From NCBI GenBank assembly GCA_021792615.1, contig JAJYUJ010000005.1:6075-70074 (forward strand): a stretch of 64,000 nt of DNA. Reading direction: 5' to 3'. This document shows positions 19,074 through 28,356 of this stretch, piece after piece; the stretch's first letter is position 1, and each line of letters starts with the position of its first letter. The stretch is from a bacterium (GTDB lineage Bacteria; JAMCPX01). Under the pieces are notes generated by a model, which was not told where the DNA came from, searched no databases, and saw nothing but the letters and a program-made list of their open reading frames with translations. The position numbers and the translations under genes were made by a program.

Positions 19074-20780
19074 TCATACACCAGCACCCTGCATCTTTTC
19101 CCGGTCGATGGTATCGGGCGTAACCCCTTCTTTTGATAAAACACCTTTGATGACCCGCTGGGTTTCTGTCTTCGGCAGTTCCTGCATAATGCGAAAATAA
19201 CGCGGAATGGCAAACAGGGCGAGGTGTTCTTTCAAAAAGGAGCTCACTTCTTTGACATCCAGCTTCCCGCCTTCAACCGGTACCACGGCAGCCATAACAT
19301 CATCCTCGCCAAGCTCCGAAGGTACGCCGTAAACCGCGCATTCGAGGATGCCCGGGTACTGCAGAATTGCATGTTCAACCTCATAGGCGGAAATGTTCTC
19401 CCCCCTGCGTCTCAGAGATTCCGTTTTCCTGCCGATAAAATAGAGATATCCTTTTTTGTCCGCATGGACGAGGTCTCCGGTATGCAGCCATCCGTCCCTG
19501 AGTTTCGACGAGGTCGCCTTTTCGTCCTTGTAGTATACCACGTCCTTATTGGCTTTTTTGCCGGTGAAGAAAATCAGCTCGCCGGACTGTCCCTGCCGTA
19601 CGTCCTTGTTCTCATCGTCAACGATCCGGTACTTTGCGCCGAGCGGCTTGCCCATACTGCCGGCAGGCGCCTGCCCGTAGTTCATGACGATGATACCGCC
19701 GCCGTCCACCGCACCGTAACCCTCGATCAGCTGAACGCCGAACCGTTTCTCGAACGGCCCCCACATGTCGGACGGGCACGCTGCAGAGAGCACGTGTTTC
19801 ACCGAGTGATTGCGATCGCCGGCTTGCTGCGGCTGTTTCATCAAAATCGGGATGATACCGCCAATAGTGTTGAATACCGTCGCTTTGGTTTCGCGTACCT
19901 CGTTCCAGAACCTGCTCGCACTGAATTTCTCCCTGAGCGCTACCTGTGCTCCGACGTTCATGGCTGCAGTAACGGTGAGCAGGATCGCGTTCGCATGGAA
20001 CAGGGGCAGGCAGGTGAAATACACGTCGTCCCTGGTGAGGAGCACGCGGTTGATAAGCTTCATCTTCCGGACGTTCGTACGTCCGTAAAAGGTCGGTACG
20101 CCTTTCGGAAGGCCGGTCGTGCCGGACGTGTAGAGAAGCATGCACCGATCGCCTTCCCGCGCGCTCACCCCCGGCTTCGCGGTGCTGATGCCGGGACCGT
20201 ACGCCTCGTCCAGCACTTGCCGGGACAGAGAGGATGCCGGGACCTGTTTGTCGGCACCGTTCGCGGTGATAACGAGCGGAGGCGAAGGAAGATCGCTTTT
20301 TATCTTTTCGTAGTACTGCAGGAGTTCCTGATCGATGCACGCATAACGCGCATCCGAGTGCTTGAATATATGCGCGAGCTGGGTCGAGCGCAGGGCTATG
20401 TTCACCGGCACCGCACACATACCGAGCTTTTGCGCACCGAAGAATACGTCGAGCCATCGCGGTGAATTCTTCATCACGATCGCGATCGCCTGACCGGGTT
20501 CTGCACCGAGTCCCCTCAAATAGTTTGCGACCCTGTTTGCGTTCCCGTCCATCTCCGCATAGGTATATGACCTGCCATAGAAGTCCAGAAACAGCCTGTC
20601 TCCGTGCCGGGCCGCGCACTCTTCTAATAGCCCTGCGTGAGAAACATCGTGCGCTATGGTCAGCTTGCCCCGCGACCGGCTCAGGCGGATGGTATCCCCC
20701 AGCGTGCCGCGCCTGAATTCTTCCCATCCCAGCACAACGGCCCCGGCGAATAATTTCCTCAGAAAGGTAGACGTCTTCAT
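19074..20780 (-). CDS. AMP-dependent acyl-CoA synthetase/ligase
   Basis: AMP-binding motifs are present: LLYTSGTTGLPKGV, the YGxxE region (IEGYGAVDGG) and the C-terminal GWLHTGDLVHADKKGYLYFIGRKTESLRRRGENIS. The true start is MKTSTF at 20780. The ORF-track start at 21131 runs through the 3' end of the thiolase gene in another frame, which is a GC-rich read-through artefact. Confidence 0.75.
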   Translation of the reverse strand: MKTSTFLRKLFAGAVVLGWEEFRRGTLGDTIRLSRSRGKLTIAHDVSHAGLLEECAARHGDRLFLDFYGRSYTYAEMDGNANRVANYLRGLGAEPGQAIAIVMKNSPRWLDVFFGAQKLGMCAVPVNIALRSTQLAHIFKHSDARYACIDQELLQYYEKIKSDLPSPPLVITANGADKQVPASSLSRQVLDEAYGPGISTAKPGVSAREGDRCMLLYTSGTTGLPKGVPTFYGRTNVRKMKLINRVLLTRDDVYFTCLPLFHANAILLTVTAAMNVGAQVALREKFSASRFWNEVRETKATVFNTIGGIIPILMKQPQQAGDRNHSVKHVLSAACPSDMWGPFEKRFGVQLIEGYGAVDGGGIIVMNYGQAPAGSMGKPLGAKYRIVDDENKDVRQGQSGELIFFTGKKANKDVVYYKDEKATSSKLRDGWLHTGDLVHADKKGYLYFIGRKTESLRRRGENISAYEVEHAILQYPGILECAVYGVPSELGEDDVMAAVVPVEGGKLDVKEVSSFLKEHLALFAIPRYFRIMQELPKTETQRVIKGVLSKEGVTPDTIDREKMQGAGV

Positions 20781-20799
20781 GTGCGATACTCCGGTCTGC

Positions 20800-22194
20800 C
20801 TACTTTTCCAGGATATGGATACACAGTGCGGCCTCTTCGTTGCCGAGTGCTCCGCCGCCGTTCTCTGCCAGCGCAATGTGCGCGTCCCGGACCTGCCGTT
20901 TCCCCGCCTCGCCCCTGAGTTGCGTAACAAGCTCGTTGATCTGCGCAAGGCCCGACGCACCGATGGGATGCCCGCGTGAGAGCAGCCCCCCGGAGGTGTT
21001 GATGGGTTTTTTCCCGCCGACCCTGGTCTCTCCCCGCTCCGCGTATACGCCGCCTTCTCCCTCGGGGAAAAATCCGAGTGCCTCGGTCTGGTGCAGCTCG
21101 CCGTACGCGGTCGCATCGTGCACTTCGGCAAGGTCTATGTCTTTCGGACCCAGCCCCGACTTCTCATACGCAATCCTGCCTGCCCGTTCCCCGATGTCCG
21201 GCTCGTCCTGGGTTCGCGTCCGTCCGGATGCAAGCACCGATGCCCTGACCTTCACCGCCCGCGCCAGCATGCCCAGCCGTTTCACGACGTCTCCGCTGGC
21301 GAGAATTGCAGAAGCGGCACCATCGCCGATCGGTGCGCACATCGCCCTCGTGAGGGGATAAGAGACCATGCGGTCGTTGAGGACATCGTCAACGGACACG
21401 TCGAAGGTATACTGGGCATTGGGATTCATGGTCGAGTGCCAGTGGTTCTTCGATGCTATGACGGCGAGCTGCCGCGGCGTGCTGCCGTACTTCTTCATAT
21501 GTGCCCGTGCAGCAAATGCGTAGACATCCATGAACGGCGAGTGATCGGCACCCGCTCCCTTGCCGGTGCCATTGAGGCCCGTGAGCAATTTTTTTACATT
21601 TCCGTAGCCCATGCTCTCGCCGAGAATGACATACGTTGCAAACATGTCCCAGTAGTTCTGCAGTTTTCCGCGCATACCGGCCTTGTTCTTTTTCGTCCGC
21701 GGCCTCGTGACGCCGGCCGGTACGTTCTTCGGTACTTCGAGCATCTCCGGTGCTGTCTTCTTAATATATTCGATCTGATCAAAGATACCGCCCACATCGA
21801 GCCCGCTCATAAACCCGGCGAACATCAGGTACTTATTCATCGCGTAAACCTTTTCCACGCCGATCGCCAGGGACACGTCCGTCATCCCGGACGCGACGTC
21901 CTTCCATGCGCTGTGAAAGGCCGTTGACCCTCCGGCGCATGCGTTTTCGACATTGGTTATGGGTATACCCTCTATGCCGAGGGGCCGCAGGGCGACCTGA
22001 CCGCGGATACAGTGCTGGAAGTTCCTCATCCCCCAGCCAGAGTTGGAAAACCATGCGGACTGGATGTCCTTTTTTTCGATACCCGCATCCTTGAATACCC
22101 CCTCGATAGTCCAGGCCGCAAGTTCCTTGATGCTGTTATCAAGGTACCTGCCGAACTTAATGGTGTGCGAACCGATTACATAAACGTCTCTCAT
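20800..22194 (-). CDS. Thiolase-family protein (SCP-x / nonspecific lipid-transfer-type thiolase) with an internal insertion
   Basis: A thiolase N-terminal catalytic Cys region (NVENACAGGSTAF) and C-terminal His/Cys motifs (NTSGGLLSRGHPIGASG) are present. There is a ~90-aa insertion relative to compact SCP2-thiolases. Confidence 0.75.
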   Translation of the reverse strand: MRDVYVIGSHTIKFGRYLDNSIKELAAWTIEGVFKDAGIEKKDIQSAWFSNSGWGMRNFQHCIRGQVALRPLGIEGIPITNVENACAGGSTAFHSAWKDVASGMTDVSLAIGVEKVYAMNKYLMFAGFMSGLDVGGIFDQIEYIKKTAPEMLEVPKNVPAGVTRPRTKKNKAGMRGKLQNYWDMFATYVILGESMGYGNVKKLLTGLNGTGKGAGADHSPFMDVYAFAARAHMKKYGSTPRQLAVIASKNHWHSTMNPNAQYTFDVSVDDVLNDRMVSYPLTRAMCAPIGDGAASAILASGDVVKRLGMLARAVKVRASVLASGRTRTQDEPDIGERAGRIAYEKSGLGPKDIDLAEVHDATAYGELHQTEALGFFPEGEGGVYAERGETRVGGKKPINTSGGLLSRGHPIGASGLAQINELVTQLRGEAGKRQVRDAHIALAENGGGALGNEEAALCIHILEK

Positions 22195-22206
22195 CCTAAA
22201 ATCCTC

Positions 22207-22530
22207 CTAAAATTTGCGCGGTGGTTCGGCACTGCCGCGGTCGAGATAATAGAAATGTTTCGTGAATTTAATGAATTCTTTGATCTCTATTGAATGCTGC
22301 GGACATATTGCAACACAATCCCCGCATGATATGCAGAACGGCAATTCTTCGACCATGCGCGCTTTTTTATTCACGACTTCGAGGGAATGGGCCGGACACG
22401 GTTTGATACAGTAACCGCATCCGTCACAGGTGTTCTGATCGATAACAACAACCCCGAAGGTAACATCCCTGCCGAGCTTATTGAAGCTCTCGATGTATAT
22501 TCTTTTCTTTATCGTTAAGTGTTCAGACAT
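22207..22530 (-). CDS. 2x[4Fe-4S] ferredoxin
   Basis: Two CxxCxxCxxxCP motifs are present (CDGCGYCIKPCP, CISCGDCVAICP). The start is taken at MSEHL (22530). The ORF track gives a longer start. Confidence 0.7.
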   Translation of the reverse strand: MSEHLTIKKRIYIESFNKLGRDVTFGVVVIDQNTCDGCGYCIKPCPAHSLEVVNKKARMVEELPFCISCGDCVAICPQHSIEIKEFIKFTKHFYYLDRGSAEPPRKF

Positions 22531-22540
22531 AGTATGCCTC

Positions 22541-23287
22541 TCAGTAAACGACTTTAAAGGTTCCATTCTCGCCGAACCAGTCGATCGCCTGCGTTTCCCG
22601 GCTGACATTCCCGTCGGGAACCCCGCGCGGATAGCCTATCGCAATAGACGTAACAAGCTTGTACGGATAGCGGATACCAAGACGTTTCCTCCACTTCGCG
22701 TACATCTTCAGCGGCGTCATAAAACTGACCCAGCATGTCCCCAGACCGTAGCTGTGTGCGGTCAGTACCATGTTCTCTCCTGCAATACCCGTGTCGAGTG
22801 ACGGGTCACCCGGCGAACGCTTGTCCGCAAGCAGAATGAGCACGGTCGGCGCACCATGCCATAATCCAAGTTTTCCATCGGCGATAAGCCGCATGGCTCC
22901 GAACGGTACCGGATGGAACATATTCGGCAGAAAGCGCATCAGGAATTTTGCAACCCATTCCTTATGCTTTGTCCATGAACCGAGGTACCATGCAAACCGC
23001 ATTACCAGTTTCAACTTTTTTATCACATCATCTTCCATTTCTTTGATCATCTTCTGGTCCTGCACCACGATAAACTTCCACGGCTGTCCGTTGCCGGCGG
23101 ATGGTGCAAACCTGCCTGCTTCTATAATCCTCCGGACGATGTATTCCGGAACTTGTTTGTTTTTCTCATAAAACCGGACGCTCCTGCGGCTGTAAATAAC
23201 GTTTTCGACGGAATTAAACGCATCACCAGGCTCCGGGAAGCGGGTACCCGTCTCAGGTGCAATTCGTGTATCATTCAGGTGTATCAT
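22541..23287 (-). CDS. Nitroreductase-family flavoprotein (candidate enone reductase)
   Basis: Nitroreductase signatures RRSVRFY and APSAGNGQPWKFIVV are present. The start is taken at MIHLND (23287), which has a GGAGAA RBS. Length is 248 aa. Confidence 0.7.
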   Translation of the reverse strand: MIHLNDTRIAPETGTRFPEPGDAFNSVENVIYSRRSVRFYEKNKQVPEYIVRRIIEAGRFAPSAGNGQPWKFIVVQDQKMIKEMEDDVIKKLKLVMRFAWYLGSWTKHKEWVAKFLMRFLPNMFHPVPFGAMRLIADGKLGLWHGAPTVLILLADKRSPGDPSLDTGIAGENMVLTAHSYGLGTCWVSFMTPLKMYAKWRKRLGIRYPYKLVTSIAIGYPRGVPDGNVSRETQAIDWFGENGTFKVVY

Positions 23288-23327
23288 AGGTATTCTCCTT
23301 GCGGCACAAATGTATTCTTTGTGATCT

Positions 23328-24455
23328 TTATTGACCTTTCGCCATCGCACTTACCAGTCCGAGCTTACGCAGGGGGAACAGCCCCAGCAGCGCTTGTACC
23401 TGCTTGGCGTCCCGGAAACGCTTCTCCTGACCATAGTCTTTCATGTAACCGTTACCACCCAGGATCTGTATGCCGTCCGTAGTCAGTTTGCACGCCAGCT
23501 CGGACAGGTGCAGTGCAGCGGCACGGGCTGAGAGCCCCCACTGCGGGTCCTGCTGATCCACAGCCATCGCAGCCCCGGAAACTACCATGTCCGCTATCCC
23601 GGCCTGTACGGCCATGTCACCGAGCAACATGCGCAGTGCCGACCAGTTGATAATCTCCCGGCCGCCCTGAAAGCGCTCCTGACTGTAGGAAAGGGCCTCC
23701 TGAAATGCACCCTTCATGATACCGCACTGGATGGCGGCAACTGCCGCGTGCATTCGGTCGGAAGCATGATCGAAACAACGCGCTCCGTCGCCTTCCTTGC
23801 CTACCGGTCTTCCTTCAACCCCTGCAAGTGTAAGATCCACGCCGGGACATGCATGCAGACCCAGACTGAATATGGGCTCGCTCTTCGTAAGTCCCTTTCC
23901 TCCCTGGTCGATGAGAAAGAACGTATACCCGTCCTGACCTTTGATGCGTGCCGGTACCAGAGCATGACCTGCCATACCGCCAAGAACAACGTATTCGATC
24001 GTGCCGCTGAGACTGTAGGTACCACCGGTCCTGACGGCATCGAGACGGGTTTGGGTCTCGCCGGGGTTGCAGAAAGCCGGGTAAGCGATCAAGGTGGAGC
24101 GGGCATCGGTTGCCTGTCCCATGATGTCTTTCAGGGTATCTTTACCTCCGGCCGCAAGCATAATCTCCTGGGCAAGGACATTGGTAAAAATAATACCGCT
24201 CAAGCTGGCGTCCACCGCACTGATCCGGTCGAGGATGACGCACAGGGCACCGATGCCCTGCCCGGCACCGCTGCACTCCTCCGGTACGGTTATGCCCAGC
24301 AGCCCGGCTTCGTAAGCCCTGGCCACCACGGGATCGAAAAAAGGTCCGAAGGGGTAGCTGTCGTTGACCTTCCGGTTAGCCGTGAGTTCTCTGACTGCGA
24401 AATTGTGTGCCAGGTCTTCAAAAGGTTTTAATTCGGATTTTATCGTCGTTAACAT
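23328..24455 (-). CDS. Acyl-CoA dehydrogenase-like protein lacking the catalytic glutamate (probable non-catalytic beta subunit)
   Basis: An ACAD fold is present, but the C-terminal (Y/F)EGT box reads RDAKQVQALLG, so there is no Glu. It lies immediately downstream of a full ACAD. Confidence 0.7.
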   Translation of the reverse strand: MLTTIKSELKPFEDLAHNFAVRELTANRKVNDSYPFGPFFDPVVARAYEAGLLGITVPEECSGAGQGIGALCVILDRISAVDASLSGIIFTNVLAQEIMLAAGGKDTLKDIMGQATDARSTLIAYPAFCNPGETQTRLDAVRTGGTYSLSGTIEYVVLGGMAGHALVPARIKGQDGYTFFLIDQGGKGLTKSEPIFSLGLHACPGVDLTLAGVEGRPVGKEGDGARCFDHASDRMHAAVAAIQCGIMKGAFQEALSYSQERFQGGREIINWSALRMLLGDMAVQAGIADMVVSGAAMAVDQQDPQWGLSARAAALHLSELACKLTTDGIQILGGNGYMKDYGQEKRFRDAKQVQALLGLFPLRKLGLVSAMAKGQ

Positions 24456-24467
24456 GGTTACCTCCGC

Positions 24468-25976
24468 CTATTCATCAAATGAACGGGCCTGCGGGATGGA
24501 ACTCCCGATCAGGTTATTGAAAAGGTTGATACGGTTCAACTGATTGGTGCCTTCGTAGATCTGCAGGAGCTTGGAGTCCCGCAGGAACTTTTCGGCACCG
24601 CGCTCGTGCCGCAGTCCGGCCTGTCCCATCAACTCAACGGCCATCTGGCTGTTCTTTACTCCCATGTCTGTTCCTACGATTTTTGCCAGAGACGCCCACC
24701 CGGAACAGCGCTGCTGCACCTCCATGGACTGGCTGTCCACAAAAAGCCTGCGGAATATCCGCTGTGTGATCTCAAAGTCCAGGAGCGGGCTTATCAGGTA
24801 ATTAAAAATGAATTTCGGCGCGTACTTCTGGTAATAATAGACCGGCTTTCGCTGGAGGATATTGTAGATGCCCCCCGGCAGCCCGTTGGCATAGTTCGCC
24901 TCGGTATAGCTCAGCCTGCCGATGACGACGTTCTTGTACATCTCCGCCAGCATTGCCTGGGCCCACTCATGGTTGATGAGGAGCTTTCCGTCGACCTCGG
25001 TCTCGCCGGCGAACTTGAGGGCCGTCTCGTATGCCCCCCTGGCCACGCCGGTACCGAACGCCCCGACTGCCGGCCTGGTGACTGAGACAACAAAATGGAT
25101 ATACTGCTCTATGAGGTCCGCAATCGGCCGTGTCCCGAAGCCCTCCCGTATGCGGGAATCTCTCAGGACATATTCATCCGGTATAAAACAATCTTCAAAG
25201 ATCAATTCGCTTGCTGGGCATGCCCGCTGGCCCATTTTGTCCTCGTGCTTGCCGAAGGTAAATCCTTTCGTACCGGTCCTGACCGCAAACGTCACGGTAT
25301 TTTCCGAGGCCTTTTTCAGGTCCGAATAGGCTATGAGGCAGCACCATTCGGAGACATGACCCATGGAAATGAAGATCTTGCTTCCGTTCACGATATAACC
25401 GCCCTTGACCTTCTCGGCGTGGCAGTTCAGACGGGCACGGTCGATCAGCTCATTCTCTTCCACATCCGTACCCGCGCCGGGCTCTGTTAAAGCAAGGGAA
25501 ATGATGCACGGTTTGCCGGTCTTTTGTCCCCTGACCACCTCCCTGAATATCTTGTTGGCAAGGGACACGTTCCATGAAGCGAGGATCCCCGCCACACCAA
25601 GATAGTGGACAAAGACCACGTTTGCTATGCCTACGCAGGCCGAGGAAAGCTCTTCGACCACATACGCGCTGGCAGGCATGTTGAACCCCTGCCCGCCGAA
25701 CAACTTCGGAATAAACATGGTGTAAAAACCCCATTCATTGGCCTTTTTGACAAGGTCCCAGGGCAGGTACTCCGGGTCAGCATGCGTCTGCCGGTCAATC
25801 TCGAGTGCATGCGGCCGGACGACCTCATCGTTGAATTTTTTTGCCAGGGCAACGGCCTTTCGGGTTTCTTTCAGCATACCCCTGGGTAGTTTCGGCATGG
25901 CCTGCAAACTGAACAGGCTTTCATCGAAGCGCGATTCACGGTCCGGCAAAGATTTACTTCCTTCCGGTGAAATCAT
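24468..25976 (-). CDS. Acyl-CoA dehydrogenase (long form; catalytic Glu present)
   Basis: ACAD motifs are present, including RDSKLLQIYEGTNQLNRI. The start is taken at MISPEG (25976), which has an AAGGAGGAG RBS. Length is about 503 aa. Confidence 0.75.
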   Translation of the reverse strand: MISPEGSKSLPDRESRFDESLFSLQAMPKLPRGMLKETRKAVALAKKFNDEVVRPHALEIDRQTHADPEYLPWDLVKKANEWGFYTMFIPKLFGGQGFNMPASAYVVEELSSACVGIANVVFVHYLGVAGILASWNVSLANKIFREVVRGQKTGKPCIISLALTEPGAGTDVEENELIDRARLNCHAEKVKGGYIVNGSKIFISMGHVSEWCCLIAYSDLKKASENTVTFAVRTGTKGFTFGKHEDKMGQRACPASELIFEDCFIPDEYVLRDSRIREGFGTRPIADLIEQYIHFVVSVTRPAVGAFGTGVARGAYETALKFAGETEVDGKLLINHEWAQAMLAEMYKNVVIGRLSYTEANYANGLPGGIYNILQRKPVYYYQKYAPKFIFNYLISPLLDFEITQRIFRRLFVDSQSMEVQQRCSGWASLAKIVGTDMGVKNSQMAVELMGQAGLRHERGAEKFLRDSKLLQIYEGTNQLNRINLFNNLIGSSIPQARSFDE

Positions 25977-25992
25977 AACTCCTCCTTTATCC

Positions 25993-26763
25993 TCAATCGT
26001 CGATGAGGTTCCTCGGCGGAAACAGGACCATCTCATTGACCGGTATATACTGGAACACAAGCGGTTTTTTGCTCAAACCTATACTGTTCAGTTCCATGGC
26101 TATTTTGTGGTCATTGCCGATATCGAGCACCGCCGCATTCCTGTCCATGGTCTGCTTGAATTCGATGGGATTTGTATAGATGTTCGCGCAAAGGGGTACG
26201 CCGTCTTTCACGGAATAAGTCTTGAACCTGAGTGTCTTACCCTGTGAAGTGCTTTGTTTTTTGCCCCGGAGTGAAAGGATCTTTTTGCCGTTCTCGGAAA
26301 GCGTACATTCGAGATACTCCTTTTCCCTCTTGAAGGCTATGTCCGCAATGAATTTTGGATAGCCGTAAAGCTCCACACCGGCATATCGGGCTATCTCCGT
26401 TGTAACAGGCAGGTGCCAGACATATGCATGGAAGCAGTGCTTGCCCATATCCGATAGTATCGTAATGCCCGGCACAGGCTTTTTACCGAAACCGATTATA
26501 ATGGAGATGCTGAACTCATTGTACGGATCGATGTCCGTTTTACGGTACTCGAACGCCGAGAATCCGACAAGACACCTTCCGGGGAATACCTCTGCAGGAT
26601 GCATATCCGGATGCGGCAGGTATTTCTTCACCTTTTTTGTCGAGGCTGTGAATATTGCCGTCATGGCGGTGTTGTCGTAATAAAATACCGGGATCGTGCC
26701 TTTAAACCCCGATTCGTTCTGAACCTCCCATTGAACAATACCCTTGAACAGTTCTCCTTTCAT
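25993..26763 (-). CDS. Acetoacetate-decarboxylase-family protein (candidate double-bond isomerase, CLA-DC-like)
   Basis: ELYGYPKFIADIAFK aligns with the ADC active-site segment ELSAYPKKLGYPKLFVD (Schiff-base Lys). At about 256 aa, the length matches ADC-family proteins. Confidence 0.65.
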   Translation of the reverse strand: MKGELFKGIVQWEVQNESGFKGTIPVFYYDNTAMTAIFTASTKKVKKYLPHPDMHPAEVFPGRCLVGFSAFEYRKTDIDPYNEFSISIIIGFGKKPVPGITILSDMGKHCFHAYVWHLPVTTEIARYAGVELYGYPKFIADIAFKREKEYLECTLSENGKKILSLRGKKQSTSQGKTLRFKTYSVKDGVPLCANIYTNPIEFKQTMDRNAAVLDIGNDHKIAMELNSIGLSKKPLVFQYIPVNEMVLFPPRNLIDD

Positions 26764-26773
26764 ATGTTCCTCC

Positions 26774-27700
26774 TTATTTTGCTTTCAGGCTATCCACCAT
26801 CTCGATAAACGCCTCTTCTGCCGTTTTTGTCGGCCTCCAGTGCAGATCTTTTTCGGCCTTTGCATTGCTTATGTTCATCGGATACCTGCCGAGTTCGACC
26901 CAATGGCTTGAAAAACTCATAATGCCGAGCTTGAAATTCAGGTCCGCAAGTACCTTTGCGATCCTGTAGGGAATGCCGATCGCTTTTTTATCCAATATCT
27001 CAGACATCCTCTTGATAGTCAGGGCACCGGTGTGGATATTGAAAGCACCGGGATGGTCCTCGATAATGGCTGTAAAAAATGCACTGCTTACATCACCTTC
27101 ATACACCAGCGGCAACCCGTATGTATTCCCCCGCACGTACGTTATCACCGGAAACTTAACGACATCTGCGAAAAAGTTGTTGACATTTTTGCCGCAGAAA
27201 ATGGAAGGGCGCATCCTCGTAAGGATCATGTTTGGATTTTTTCTTTCAAACTCATCGAGCATCCCTTCAACGATCCGTTTGGTGTCTGAATAATAGGAAG
27301 CTTTATTCCCCTGAAGGGGAGAATCCTCGGTAATCGTATAATCACGATCAACACAACCATACGCTGCAACACTGCTTGCGATGACCAGTTTCCCGGGTTT
27401 ATTTTCCTCACAGGAGGCGAGGAGATTTTTTGTTCCGTTGAGATTGATATCATAGGTGAGCTTCTTGTCTTTTATCTCCTGAACAATGAAGGTCAGGTGA
27501 ACAATGGTATCACAGCCTTTCAGCGCGTTTCCCAGGGCATTATCCCGCACATCGCACCGGACAAAGGTGAGCTTCTTATGCTGGAACAAAGGCTCCTTCA
27601 GATCGATACCGGTTATGGATTCGACCGCATCGCTGCGTACGAGGGATTTTGTGAGGAGCGTGCCCAGATAGCCGGATATACCGGTTATGCCTACCTTCAT
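26774..27700 (-). CDS. NAD(P)-dependent epimerase/dehydratase-family (extended SDR) oxidoreductase (candidate hydroxy-fatty-acid dehydrogenase)
   Basis: Glycine-rich N-terminus GITGISGYLG and the catalytic YxxxK (YYSDTK). Length is 308 aa. Confidence 0.75.
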   Translation of the reverse strand: MKVGITGISGYLGTLLTKSLVRSDAVESITGIDLKEPLFQHKKLTFVRCDVRDNALGNALKGCDTIVHLTFIVQEIKDKKLTYDINLNGTKNLLASCEENKPGKLVIASSVAAYGCVDRDYTITEDSPLQGNKASYYSDTKRIVEGMLDEFERKNPNMILTRMRPSIFCGKNVNNFFADVVKFPVITYVRGNTYGLPLVYEGDVSSAFFTAIIEDHPGAFNIHTGALTIKRMSEILDKKAIGIPYRIAKVLADLNFKLGIMSFSSHWVELGRYPMNISNAKAEKDLHWRPTKTAEEAFIEMVDSLKAK

Positions 27701-28329
27701 GACCCGCTCCTTTCTCTGTGAATGCCGTCGAGCGTAAAACTTACGAGAATTTTTACCAGTTCATCCCGTTCATATCCATCGTAAATATACAATTGTGCAA
27801 CCTGCGAAAGCATTCCAACCATCGCCCATCCAATGGTTTTAGCCTCCAGACGCTTCATGGGCCTGATGAATCCAAGCTGGGACGCGGTCAAAACCCTTAT
27901 GCTCGTGTCTTCTGCAATGTTCTTATAGGTCTGCCATAAAATACCCGCCAATTCTTCATTGTGGCTCAAGCCTTCGCGGAAAAGGATCATGAAGTGGCTT
28001 CTGTAATTGTCCACATACTCGAAGAACGAACTGTATATGGCGTGCTGTGCGGTGGTTATGTCCCCGGGGCCGGCTGTCCTGCCTTTAAATGACTCCAGTT
28101 GTTTTTGAAACACATCCTCTATGTAATTTCTCAACTCAGAGCCTATTCGTACAACCGCTTCGCCGAACACATGGGATTTGTCTTTGAAGTACAGGTAAAA
28201 CGTTCCGGTACCAACACCTGCTTTCTTTGTAATCATAGGAACGGTTGTCTTTCTGAATCCCTTTGCCCCTATTACCTTGATTGCCGCATCTATCAAGCGC
28301 CTCTTGATAATCTCTTTTTTATTTACCAT
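27697..28329 (-). CDS. TetR/AcrR-family transcriptional regulator
   Basis: N-terminal HTH (GFRKTTVPMITKKAGVGTGTFYLYFKDK) and an alpha-helical ligand-binding C-terminus. Length is 210 aa. Confidence 0.8.
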   Translation of the reverse strand: MVNKKEIIKRRLIDAAIKVIGAKGFRKTTVPMITKKAGVGTGTFYLYFKDKSHVFGEAVVRIGSELRNYIEDVFQKQLESFKGRTAGPGDITTAQHAIYSSFFEYVDNYRSHFMILFREGLSHNEELAGILWQTYKNIAEDTSIRVLTASQLGFIRPMKRLEAKTIGWAMVGMLSQVAQLYIYDGYERDELVKILVSFTLDGIHRERSGS

Positions 28330-28356
28330 ATCGATCCTCTCGGAAACGCATCGAAC

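Noticed and set aside
19224-20727. Two very long ORFs (413 aa plus strand at 19224–20465; 369 aa minus strand at 19618–20727) with Arg/Pro/Ala-rich translations
   Set aside because: They lie in alternative frames of the well-supported AMP-dependent acyl-CoA ligase CDS. Long open frames are an expected artefact of the locally high GC content, and there is no domain similarity.
20781-21131. 117-codon N-terminal extension of the acyl-CoA ligase ORF in the ORF track
   Set aside because: The extension runs through the 3' end of the thiolase gene in another frame. The conserved ligase sequence begins at MKTSTF (20780), so the extension is a GC-driven read-through.
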